64,000 nucleotides of DNA from an uncultured Gemmatimonadales bacterium. Lineage in GTDB: Bacteria > Gemmatimonadota > Gemmatimonadetes > Gemmatimonadales > GWC2-71-9. The translations under genes and the position numbers were made by a program. The notes under the pieces were generated by a model. It was not told the origin of the DNA. It searched no databases and saw only the letters and a list, made by a program, of their open reading frames with translations. Below are positions 19,672 through 28,900 of the stretch, in pieces. How positions within the stretch are numbered: position 1 is the first letter of the stretch; each line of letters starts with the position of its first letter. The stretch covers positions 960,001 to 1,024,000 of the forward strand of contig CAVSLV010000001.1 in the NCBI GenBank assembly GCA_963728915.1. Reading direction: 5' to 3'.

Positions 19672-20825
19672 CGCCTTTCCCCCCGATGAGTAGCAAGCCA
19701 CGTACATGTCCGAGGATCTATCCGGAATCTACGAACAACGGTCGTAATTCGCGGTCCAACAGCGTACTGATCCAAGACGACGAGCGCCTCACCGCGAAGG
19801 CCGACCTTGGGCTGAGCTTCGCCAGCGATTGGCAGCGGCGCATCCACGCACACCCGACGCCGATCAGCCGTGAGAAGAGAGACGAAGGCTTTGGAGCTGA
19901 TCGTCCGCTTCCCTTCGAGGTTGGAATCCATGTGTACCAGCACAAAATCGCCAGCGGGCCGCCGCCACACTCCGAACAGCGCGGAAGCCATGGCTACGAT
20001 TTCGCCGAACGACGAGCGCCGAAGGCTCATCCGGGCTGAAAAATCTCGCGGTATCCCCCGTCGTCGGATCGATGGAACGAATATAGTATCCAGAGCTGCG
20101 CCGTCCCACCGATGGACAACTAGGGTACTCTCCGCAGCGTAGCCTACAAGCAAGCTATCGGGCCAAGCCACAACCTGAACCATCCCATAGGTCCCGCGCA
20201 CCGCTTCGCTGTTCCGGTAGGCGGCTGGCAACGGAGAAATCGATGACGACAGCGGTACCGCAGGTTCGGGCAGATCTCGTTGCCGAATCGTCCGGAGATC
20301 AAGTGCCATAACGCCAAAGCCGGCTTTGAAGTCGAGGTCTCCGAACCACGCCCTGGCGTCGGCCAACGTTCCGGAAGTCAGGGTTCCCGAGTAGGGGATT
20401 TCCCCCACCGGACGGCCAGAATCGGTTTCGAAGAAGTCGATCCTCCGGTGACCATAACTCTGGATCGCAACCAAACCATTCCACTCAAGGAGGACCTCGC
20501 CCACTCCCCGAAACTCACCCGGCCCCGACCCGGACCGACCAATCACGCGTTCAAGCCGGCCCAGGGAATCGAATCGCAAGACGCGATCGCTGAGCAAATC
20601 GGGTACATATATCCTTTCGCCGCTATCGATGTACAAGCCGCCCGGACGCCCGACATAAGCCGAATCTGTTTCACCAAGGACGACCGTATCTACCAAGACG
20701 AGCTGGGCCGGATCACCAACTCGTGGCGGACTGGCACAGGTCATCGTGAGAAGAGCGATGAGACAACTACCAAAGAGGGGACCACACACCTTGCGCACCA
20801 GGCAACCGGCAGAGGAAGGACCCAA
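19668..20825 (-). CDS. 6-bladed beta-propeller (NHL-like) lipoprotein
   Basis: Lipobox-like LLTMTC; IDSGERIYVPD, RVLRFDSLG, IGRSGSGPGEF. Exact start uncertain. Confidence 0.8.
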   Translation of the reverse strand: MGPSSAGCLVRKVCGPLFGSCLIALLTMTCASPPRVGDPAQLVLVDTVVLGETDSAYVGRPGGLYIDSGERIYVPDLLSDRVLRFDSLGRLERVIGRSGSGPGEFRGVGEVLLEWNGLVAIQSYGHRRIDFFETDSGRPVGEIPYSGTLTSGTLADARAWFGDLDFKAGFGVMALDLRTIRQRDLPEPAVPLSSSISPLPAAYRNSEAVRGTYGMVQVVAWPDSLLVGYAAESTLVVHRWDGAALDTIFVPSIRRRGIPRDFSARMSLRRSSFGEIVAMASALFGVWRRPAGDFVLVHMDSNLEGKRTISSKAFVSLLTADRRRVCVDAPLPIAGEAQPKVGLRGEALVVLDQYAVGPRITTVVRRFRIDPRTCTWLATHRGERR

Positions 20826-20841
20826 CGCCCACTTCCCTATT

Positions 20842-20865
20842 GAACCAGAAGTCTTGACTGGTTTC
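20842..20865 (-). other. hairpin immediately after the peptide gene stop
   Basis: AACCAG...CTGGTT inverted repeat (gaaccagaagtcttgactggtttc). Confidence 0.4.
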
Positions 20866-21044
20866 TACGTTGTACAGGTGATACAGGGGCAGTCGTTCCC
20901 GTGAGAGCAGGGATCGGGACAACGCCCAGTCAGCAACACATAGGAGTCCCAGCACTCCAGCTGGGCTTGAGTGAGAGGTGGCGCCGCACTTCCGATCACG
21001 AATGTCGTGATGGCAGGGGCGATCATCTTAGAGGAGATTTTCAT
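20865..21044 (-). CDS. small secreted six-cysteine peptide precursor (59 aa), not in ORF track
   Basis: Hand translation MKISSKMIAPAITTFVIGSAAPPLTQAQLECWDSYVLLTGRCPDPCSHGNDCPCITCTT*. AGGAG lies 7 nt before the ATG, and the ORF fills the gap between co-oriented genes. Confidence 0.8.
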   Translation of the reverse strand: MKISSKMIAPAITTFVIGSAAPPLTQAQLECWDSYVLLTGRCPDPCSHGNDCPCITCTT

Positions 21045-21102
21045 TTGACCGCTCCTGAGGAAGATTCATGGTCCTGAATGTCACGTGGGCATTGGGTATT
21101 CG

Positions 21103-21618
21103 TTAGGGACTACGAGAGGTTCCGATTCGATATTTGGACAGGAGCCGGTGCTGGGCGGGGTAACCAATAGCCGAATCCACAACGAGACCATTCGTGGCGA
21201 GATAGACACGGGGTGTTGATAGCGGACCCACACCGCCGGATATGACGCCCTTGAACTTGACCCGAAGCGCCAGGATCTGGGATAGCTCGGACCTCTTGGG
21301 AATCCGCGACAAAAAAGCTCGCACTTGATGATTTGGCTTGGCACCCCAGGCAAGCCATTGGCCTAGCGGGCTGCCGCAAGAAAAACAATCGCTCGGATCA
21401 TACAGAAGCAAGGCAACGGTGTCGCGCCCAGCGAGCAAATCAAATACGCTCGCGAAATCCATTCGCCGAAATCCGGTGCCCTCTTGCACAGGTTCTGCAT
21501 CGGTACAGGCAATCGACACGACAAGAAGGCTCGCACCCAAGAGTCGTCGAATGGTCTGTCCCCACTTCCTTCTTTCCACGTCACGATCCATGGTTGATAG
21601 ACGACTCGCAATCCCCAT
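21103..21618 (-). CDS. thioredoxin-fold CxxC lipoprotein
   Basis: GGAGGAG RBS before ATG 21618; lipobox VSIAC; LLLYDPSDCFSC and STPRVYL (cis-Pro-like TP). Confidence 0.7.
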   Translation of the reverse strand: MGIASRLSTMDRDVERRKWGQTIRRLLGASLLVVSIACTDAEPVQEGTGFRRMDFASVFDLLAGRDTVALLLYDPSDCFSCGSPLGQWLAWGAKPNHQVRAFLSRIPKRSELSQILALRVKFKGVISGGVGPLSTPRVYLATNGLVVDSAIGYPAQHRLLSKYRIGTSRSP

Positions 21619-21791
21619 GGCTGCTGCTCCTCCCGACGACAACCAAACCAGCATAGCTCCACTGTGCGACGGGTCCTCAACCTGCGAATGGCACTGAACC
21701 GCGTCAAGGTTGGGATTTCCCAACCTCTGGTCCGATCGGCCGGCGAGCATCATATTCCGCTCGGTCGGCCTGAAGCCAACGGACCCTGACG

Positions 21792-22406
21792 ATGACGCGC
21801 ATTCTGGTCGTGGACGACCATCCCAAGATGGTGCTGGCCCTCAGCCGAGAGGCTGAACAAACCCCTGCGACCGTCCATGTGGCATTTGACATTAACGGCG
21901 CCCGTCAAGCCCTCGCTGCGACCAGGTATGATCTCCTCTTCCTGGACCTGGAATTCCGGCACGGGGAGTCCGGCTTCCAGCTCCTTCTCGAACTCACCGG
22001 TACCAGTCCGGAGCTTCCGGTTGTGCTGATCTCGGCCTGGGATGACCAGGCCCTCATCAGGGCCGGCCGCGAATACGGGGCGCGGGGGTTCTGGTCCAAG
22101 TCCTCCAGAACGCATATCGACAAAGTGGCTCGCAGCGTACTGGCAGGAGAAACCTGGTTCGAACACGTCGACCGCCCCGCCGATCACGTCGGCCTTACGC
22201 CCAGGCAGTTCGAAGTGGCACGGCTCGCGATCGCCGGATATCCCGAGAAGCACATCGCGGACTCGATGTGCATCAGCCAGGCCATGGTGGAGCGCCACAT
22301 CCGGAACGCCAGGGAACGACTCAGCGCCAGCACGCTCGGGGAGCTCGGAGCAGCATTTGTCAAGCGCGGACTCCACCTGCTGCCCCCACGAGAGAGAGAG
22401 GAATAG
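21792..22406 (+). CDS. NarL/LuxR-family response regulator (REC + HTH), orphan
   Basis: RILVVDDH, DLLFLD, VVLISA, GARGFWSK; LTPRQFEV..G...KHIA..MCIS..MVERH. Confidence 0.88.
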   Translation: MTRILVVDDHPKMVLALSREAEQTPATVHVAFDINGARQALAATRYDLLFLDLEFRHGESGFQLLLELTGTSPELPVVLISAWDDQALIRAGREYGARGFWSKSSRTHIDKVARSVLAGETWFEHVDRPADHVGLTPRQFEVARLAIAGYPEKHIADSMCISQAMVERHIRNARERLSASTLGELGAAFVKRGLHLLPPREREE

Positions 22407-22409
22407 CAA

Positions 22410-22436
22410 ACGGCCGCCCCGGAGTGGAGCGGCCGC
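22410..22436. terminator. GC-rich hairpin terminator between the convergent regulator and rpmA
   Basis: ACGGCCGCCCC-GGAGT-GGAGCGGCCGC, followed by TT on the minus strand. Confidence 0.65.
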
Positions 22437-22451
22437 ATCTCATCCTCACCT

Positions 22452-22483
22452 CTATCCCCTAGCCCCTATCCCCTATTCGCTAC
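22452..22483 (-). repeat. heptamer tandem repeat overlapping the rpmA 3' end
   Basis: Minus strand TAGCGAA TAGGGGA TAGGGGC TAGGGGA TAG. Confidence 0.55.
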
Positions 22484-22735
22484 TTGCGGATAGACCGAAA
22501 TCTTCTGCCGGCCCTTGTCCTTCCACTCGAAGGTGACCACTCCGTCCACCAGCGCGAACAGGGTGTCGTCGTTCGCCCGGCGGACATTGGTTCCGGGATG
22601 CCATTTGGTTCCCCGCTGCCGGGCAATGATGTTTCCCGCCTGGACCCTCTCGCCCCCGAACTTTTTCAGCCCCAGGTATTTGGGGTTGCTGGTGCGCCCG
22701 TTCCGCGAGGATCCTACGCCCTTCTTGTGAGCCAT
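22466..22735 (-). CDS. rpmA: 50S ribosomal protein L27
   Basis: [14 protein letters not shown]...[10 protein letters not shown]. Confidence 0.98.
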   Translation of the reverse strand: MAHKKGVGSSRNGRTSNPKYLGLKKFGGERVQAGNIIARQRGTKWHPGTNVRRANDDTLFALVDGVVTFEWKDKGRQKISVYPQVANRG

Positions 22736-22738
22736 GCG

Positions 22739-23083
22739 TCAGCTCTCCTTGGACTTGGCCGAGCGGGACTCGCCCGCCTTGATCCCGGTGATGCGAACAT
22801 CAGTGAACTTGGCACGATGTCCGGTCTTGCGGCGGATATTCTTGCGCCGCTTGAAGCGGAAGACGTAGATCTTCTCGCCCTTGGCCTCCCCCACGACCTC
22901 GCCGGTCACCGAAGCGCCCTTGATGGTGGGAGTGCCTGCGTGAATCGCATCGCCGTCCGAGGTGAGCAGCACTTCTCCGAACGTGACCTTGGAGCCGGGC
23001 TCCTCTTGCATCCGGGGCACCCTCACCACCTGGCCCTTTTCGACCTTGAACTGCTTCCCCTGGGCTTTGATGATGGCGTACAT
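22739..23083 (-). CDS. rplU: 50S ribosomal protein L21
   Basis: MYAIIKAQGKQFKV...FKRRK..R.KTGHR. Confidence 0.97.
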   Translation of the reverse strand: MYAIIKAQGKQFKVEKGQVVRVPRMQEEPGSKVTFGEVLLTSDGDAIHAGTPTIKGASVTGEVVGEAKGEKIYVFRFKRRKNIRRKTGHRAKFTDVRITGIKAGESRSAKSKES

Positions 23084-23156
23084 GCTGAAATCCAGTGATG
23101 GAATAGAGCCCGTAAACCTAAACAGGCAAACGGGATGAGGCAAGATGGGGTACTAC

Positions 23157-23840
23157 TCAGGAACCGTCGGCGAGTCCGACTTTGGAATGATCGACATATC
23201 TGGAGCGGGCCAGGAATCCAGGGTCCGGATACCAGGCAAAAACGACGGCCCCTCCCTGGAGGAGGTTCACCAGGCGACGGGCACTGCTCATCGGAACCGC
23301 GGGGCACCCCTCGGTCCTGCCGAGGCCGCCATGGGAAGCGCGTTCCGCGTTGACAAAAGGACTCCCATGAAGGACCAGCCCCCGGGCCCGGGCGCGATCG
23401 TTGATCCCGGGCTCGAGCCCATCGAGTCTCAATGAGAGGCCGCGAACCCCCAGGTAGGCGTCGCCGGTCAGAAACACTCCCAGGCTGGACTGGTTGCTCC
23501 CCCATCGGTTGGAAAACCAGGCCGCCCACGTTCCGCCGGATGCCCAGCCATGCGCGACATAGTCATTGGCGACGACACTGTCGGTTCTCGTATCGATTAC
23601 CCAGAGGCGGGGTTCATTGGAGGGAAGCGTGTAATCGATGATCGCGAGCAACGAGCGGGTCGAGAGCCGCTCCGCGCTCACCCTGGCATACGCGGTGTGC
23701 GCCTGAATCCAGGCCTCACTGGACATCCCTTCCGGGGCCGAAGGGCCCTGCTCCGCTCCTGGGGCCGAAACCAGCCGTGGAGGTGCGCACCCGATGGGGG
23801 CCACCAGGATGGCAAGGAGGAGCACGGAGGCGCGAGACAT
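23157..23840 (-). CDS. murein L,D-transpeptidase catalytic domain (YkuD_2-like) lipoprotein
   Basis: IIDYTLPS, VAHG, SSLG, LRLDGLEPGIND, VLHG, GRTEGCPA. Confidence 0.88.
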   Translation of the reverse strand: MSRASVLLLAILVAPIGCAPPRLVSAPGAEQGPSAPEGMSSEAWIQAHTAYARVSAERLSTRSLLAIIDYTLPSNEPRLWVIDTRTDSVVANDYVAHGWASGGTWAAWFSNRWGSNQSSLGVFLTGDAYLGVRGLSLRLDGLEPGINDRARARGLVLHGSPFVNAERASHGGLGRTEGCPAVPMSSARRLVNLLQGGAVVFAWYPDPGFLARSRYVDHSKVGLADGS

Positions 23841-23913
23841 ACGGAAACCCGGGGCAAACGATATGCCCGGCTCAAACCCGCCTCACAGCCCGCGGGGCGC
23901 AGCGATTTGCAGG

Positions 23914-25554
23914 TCAGCCTACCGCATATTGCTCGGTTACATCCCGGCCGGACGGCCGGCTCATCAGGCGGAATTCGTCCAGGTGCATCATCGGATCGTC
24001 CCGGGTCTCCAGGCTCACGCCGATGTTCTTCCCGATCGACGCCAGCAGCTTGCCCTCATCCTCCAGGAGATAGAGCGCCACCTCGGGGTGGAGCCGAATG
24101 GTGAGCGCTTTTTCGCGCTTGGCATGTCCGACCCGACGCAGCGAACGCTCCAGTCTTCGGGCCACGACCTCGGAGCGAAATACCCGGCCCGATCCGCTAC
24201 AGGTTGGACACTCGGTGGTCATCGAGGCGTGGAGCGAAGGCCGGATTCGCTGGCGAGTCATCTCGATCATGCCGAGCTCGGACACGGCCATCGCCCGGGT
24301 TCGGGCCCGATCGCGGCCCAGGTGGGTCCGGAGCTCCTGCAGCACCCGGTCCCGGTTCGAGCGGGTTTCCATGTCGATGAAATCGCACACGATGATCCCG
24401 CCCAGATCGCGGAGCCGGAGCTGGCGGGCAATCTCCCGCGCCGCCTCGAGGTTGGTCCGCAGGATGGTTTTCTCGGGGTCCTTCCGCCCGGTGTACCTCC
24501 CGGTATTGACGTCGATGGACACCAGCGCTTCGGTCGGCTGGATCACCAGCGACCCTCCGGTGGGCAGATCCACCCGGGGACGAAAGAGTCCGCTGATCTC
24601 GGCTTCGATCTCGTACTTGTCGAACAGGGGCATCTCGCCCTGGTACAGCTTGACGCGCTCCTTGAGCTCCGGGTCCACGTCATCCAGATAATCGAGGATC
24701 TCCTGCTGAACCTCCTTGTTGTCGACGTTGAGGGCGTCGACCTTGTCGCTGAACACGTCTCGAATGAGGCCCCGTGTCAGGGACGCTTCCCGCTGGAGCA
24801 GGGCCGGTGCCTTGCGGGTATAGAACTGCTTGCGCTTGATCTTCTTCCACTGGTTCAGCAGCGCGGTGATTTCGCGCCGGAAGTGGTCCTCGGTAACGCC
24901 CTCGGCGACCGTGCGGACGATGAGCCCCCCGGACCCTTCCGGCAGCAGACGCGAGACCATCTCGCGCAGGCGGGCGCGCTGTTCGCGATTGTCGATTTTC
25001 CGGCTGATCCCCACCCGGGACGCATAGGGCATGTAGACAAGAAACCGCCCGGGCAGAGAGATCTGCGCGGTGACCCGGCTGCCCTTGGTGCTGATCGGCT
25101 CCTTGGTGACCTGAACCGGCAGGATCTGGCCCTTTTTCAGGAGCTCGCTGATTTCGGGGAGTTTCCGACTGGAGACTTCTCGCTGGCGGAATTCTCCGGA
25201 TGGCCGGTCACCGTTCCCACGCTTCCGGCGGGAGCGATCGGATCCGCGGGGAGAGGCCGCCTCGACGACCTCGACCGGATTGGATTCCTCGGCATCGTCG
25301 TTCTCGCCCGGTTCTTCATCTTCGTCGGGTTCGAGCAGATCCGAGGCATGGAGAAAGGCGCTCTTCTCGTGGCCGATGTCCACGAAGGCCGCCTGAATCC
25401 CGGGAAGGACCGCCTCCACCTTCCCGAGGTAGATGTCTCCGACTATCCGGCGATTGTCGGGCCGATCAACCAGGAGCTCGACAAGCCGGTCGTCCTCCAG
25501 GATGGCAACCCGGGTCTCCCGGGGGCCTCCATTGATCAGAATCTCTCGCTTCAC
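23914..25554 (-). CDS. Rne/Rng family ribonuclease
   Basis: GDIYLGKV..VLPGIQAAFVDIG, QVTKEPISTKG, IDVNTG, LRDLGGIIVCDFIDM, CPTC Zn-link. Confidence 0.95.
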   Translation of the reverse strand: MKREILINGGPRETRVAILEDDRLVELLVDRPDNRRIVGDIYLGKVEAVLPGIQAAFVDIGHEKSAFLHASDLLEPDEDEEPGENDDAEESNPVEVVEAASPRGSDRSRRKRGNGDRPSGEFRQREVSSRKLPEISELLKKGQILPVQVTKEPISTKGSRVTAQISLPGRFLVYMPYASRVGISRKIDNREQRARLREMVSRLLPEGSGGLIVRTVAEGVTEDHFRREITALLNQWKKIKRKQFYTRKAPALLQREASLTRGLIRDVFSDKVDALNVDNKEVQQEILDYLDDVDPELKERVKLYQGEMPLFDKYEIEAEISGLFRPRVDLPTGGSLVIQPTEALVSIDVNTGRYTGRKDPEKTILRTNLEAAREIARQLRLRDLGGIIVCDFIDMETRSNRDRVLQELRTHLGRDRARTRAMAVSELGMIEMTRQRIRPSLHASMTTECPTCSGSGRVFRSEVVARRLERSLRRVGHAKREKALTIRLHPEVALYLLEDEGKLLASIGKNIGVSLETRDDPMMHLDEFRLMSRPSGRDVTEQYAVG

Positions 25555-25639
25555 AACACCGTTCCCGGACCATGAGGGGGTCGGACGGTCGGAACAGCCA
25601 GGGAACGGGCGCGACGGCGAATGTCTGACTCACGACGAT

Positions 25640-25744
25640 CGAACTCCCCAATGGTCCCCGCCGAACATCAGCTCGGGCAGGTTCCGCTCTGACCTGAGCG
25701 GGTCCTGCCGGAGGCTGCAAAGCGGGGTTGAAACGGGGAATTCG
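25640..25744 (-). other. long imperfect stem-loop upstream of the RNase E/G gene
   Basis: Nested pairs GAACTCCCC/GGGGAATTC, CCCCGC/GCGGGG, GGCAGG/CCTGCC, CCGCTC/GAGCGG. Confidence 0.6.
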
Positions 25745-25902
25745 GCTCGAAGAGTGGAGCCGCCCTGGGCATGAAATCCGGACCGATCCGGACGAAATAT
25801 GACGCACCGATGCGCTGACCGGATGCGAAATCGCAATCCGGCTTGCGATCAACCTCAGAGATCGCGCTAGCCGCATCCTACAAATGTAGAAAGCACAGCA
25901 GG

Positions 25903-28900
25903 TTATGGAAAGGGGATCGGAGCCAGGCCTGCCGCTCTCCTGGAGGCGTTGAGCTTCGAAAGCCCGGCGCCCTTGAGCGCTTCCCATTTCCCCAGGACTT
26001 CGCGCGACTCGATCCTCGCGCGGTCGCACGCAGCGAGCTGGCCAGCCGTGGGAGCAACTTCGGCCTGCTGCATGGCCATAGCCGCGTTCAGCATGGCGTT
26101 CCGAGCACTCTCCAGCGACGGGGGGCCTGACGCAGCCCTGAACCCGAACCCTCCACCGAACCCCCCCCGCGGTCGGGGGGCTGGGGCGAGGGAGTCCACC
26201 TTGGCGCGGAAGGCCGCGACATCGTTGCCCGTGACTCCCTCGAGGGCGGTGCTCAATCGGCGGGCCTCCAGAAAGGCAGCCTGGGCCGCTCTGGCGCCGT
26301 CGTACATCTCCCGAGTCAGGGACGATATCCGCGCGAGGACAACCGAAGGAGTCCTGACCCGAGGGTCGAGCCGGAGCAGCAGGGGCTGGGATTGACGCTT
26401 CCCATTCACAGTGAGACGGATCGTGTACCGCCCGGGTGGGGCCCAAGGCGAGTTGATCTCGGGATAGGTCCGGTGCGGGACGGCGCCGGTCGCGTCGATC
26501 GAACCGGCGAGCGGGCCGTCCTCGGTCGTGATCGGGGTGAACCGCATGTCCCAGCTGAACCGGTGCATTCCAGCCGTGGTCTCGAGATGCTCGACCGGGG
26601 CCGGCCAGTACAACGGAAGAGCGCAGTGAGGCGCGGTGGGGGTCGCCTGGCAGGTCCGGTTGTAGCCTTCGGGATCGCGGGCCGGATCGGGCGGCAGGGG
26701 GTCATCGCTCGAGAAAGTGCGAACCGGCTTCCCCGCCGTATCGAGGATCTCGAGAGTGATGGGTCCGCTCACGGACCCGCCGACGTAGTAGTCGATGATC
26801 GCGCCGGGGGGCGGGTTCTCGCCCGCGGGAAGCTCAGGAGGCCACGGGGTCGGCTCGTTGGTGCCGAACCTGATCCGGACAGCCGTTGCAGGCTTGAAGA
26901 GGTACGCGCTCCCCTCGGCCCTGGCCCGTTGGGCCTGGGCCGCCTGACGGAGCGGGGTGATATCGTCCAGGATCCAGAACCCCCTGCCGTGAGTCCCCGC
27001 GACCAGATCGGCGCAAAGACAGGTGCTGTCGTCCTTGATACGAATGTCACGCACCGAGATCGCGGGCATGTTGAGGCGGAGGGATCCCCAATGATCCCCA
27101 TCGTCGAAGGAGACCCAGACCTGGGTCTCGGTGGCGGCGTAGAGCAGTCCTCTCTGTCTTGGATCTTCCCGAATCGAGTTGGCGACCGCGCCGGGCGCCA
27201 TGCCGGTGTTGATCTCGACCCAGGTTTTTCCACCATCATGGGTGCGGTAGAAATGCGGGTTGTCCTCGTCGATCCGCATCGTGTTGGCCGCGGCATAGGC
27301 GGTCAGAGTATCGAAGTGTCCCGCCTCCAGGTTGAAGATCCTGGTCCACGGCTTGATGGAGGGCGGCGTGACATTCTTCCAGTCGCGTCCTCCATCGAAG
27401 GTGACCTGGAGGTTCCCGTCATCGGTGCCCGCCCAGATGACGTTCACGCTGCGGGATGAGAGGCCGAGCGCAGTGATCGAGCCCTGCGGTCGCGGGGTCA
27501 CGGTAGCGGCGTACTTCCCTGCGTTCGCAGGCACCTCCCAGGTCTGGCGGGCGAGGTCGGGGCTGATCCGGGTCCAGCTGTGCGCCCGGTCGGTCGTCTT
27601 CCAGACCACGTTCGAGGCGTAGAACAGGACGTCGGGGTTGGCGGGCGACCACTGGAGCGGCATCGTCCGCACGTTGCGACCGAATGCCTGGCCGCGCTGG
27701 GCCGGGTCGGGACCCACCAGGGTGGTCTGCCCGGTTCTCCGGTTGTAGAGCGAGACATTGGTGCGCGCGCTCCCGTAGACCATATCCGGATCGCGGGGAT
27801 CAGGCGCGGCAATACCGTACTCCTGAATGTTGACCGGATGCCAGTCGTGGAACGTGATTTGGCCGTCGTCGGAGCGGCTCGCCACGCAGCCGGATCCCGA
27901 ATCCTGCTGGCCCCCGCACAGGCGATAGGGAAAGGCGTTATCGGCGGTCACGTGGTACATCGCCGCGGTGGGCTGAGTATACCAGTTGCTCCACGACACC
28001 CCACGGTTTGCCGAGACGACGGCGCCCTGATCGGCCACCGCGAGGATGATGTCGGGATTGTCGGGGTTGATCCAGATCTTCTGGTAGTCGTCGCCACCGG
28101 GGGCGCCGCGGATCGCGGTCCACGAGTGGCCGCCGTCCTCGGTCCGCCACATCACGACCGACGCGCTGTAGACCACGTTTTCATGCTTCGGATCCACCGC
28201 GATGGTCGGCAAGTCTCCTCCCCCGATCCGGCCGAGAGGCCTCGGATCGAGGGTCACGTCGGGGTGGTCAGTGCCGGCCCCGCGGGTCACCACGACCCAG
28301 TGCTCCCCGGCATCATCGGACCGGTACATCCCGCTGGTCGGCGGATTGGAGTTGTTCGCATTGGGGCTCTGGGCTCCCGCCACCATGGCGTAGACCATTC
28401 CCGGCTTGCTCGGCGCGACGGCGAGATTCGCCTCCACCACGAGGGGCAGCCCGTCGGTGACCTGGTGCCAGGTGGCGCCGCCGTCAGCCGATCTGAAAAT
28501 GCCGCCACTCGCTCCCCCGAAGGATCCGCCCTCGACGAAACTCTGCTGCTGCTGCCACAACGCCGCATACACGATCTGCGGGTTGCCCGGATCGATGCGG
28601 ACATCGTTGCCGCTGGTATACTCGTCCTTGTACAGCACCTTCTCGAACGTGTGCCCCCCGTCCACCGACCGGTAGATCCCGCGCTCCGGGTTAGGGCCGT
28701 AGGGGTGCCCCAGCACGGCCACGAATAATCGATCCGGGTTGCCGGGATCGACGTCGATATGGGCGATCATCCGGGTTTCCCCGAGGCCGAGCCGGGTCCA
28801 GGTCCGGCCCGCATCGACCGATTTGTACATCCCGTCACCGGTGGCAAGGTCGGGACGGATGATGCCGGCGCCGCTGCCGACGTAGATCACGCTGGGGTTG

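Noticed and set aside
20767..20955. 62-aa minus-strand ORF from the track overlapping the peptide gene
   Set aside because: It has no clear RBS and overlaps both the better-supported 59-aa peptide frame and the propeller start.
25640..25744. SRP RNA or 6S RNA identity for the hairpin
   Set aside because: The SRP domain IV consensus and 6S-like central bubble motifs were not found; kept only as an unassigned structure.
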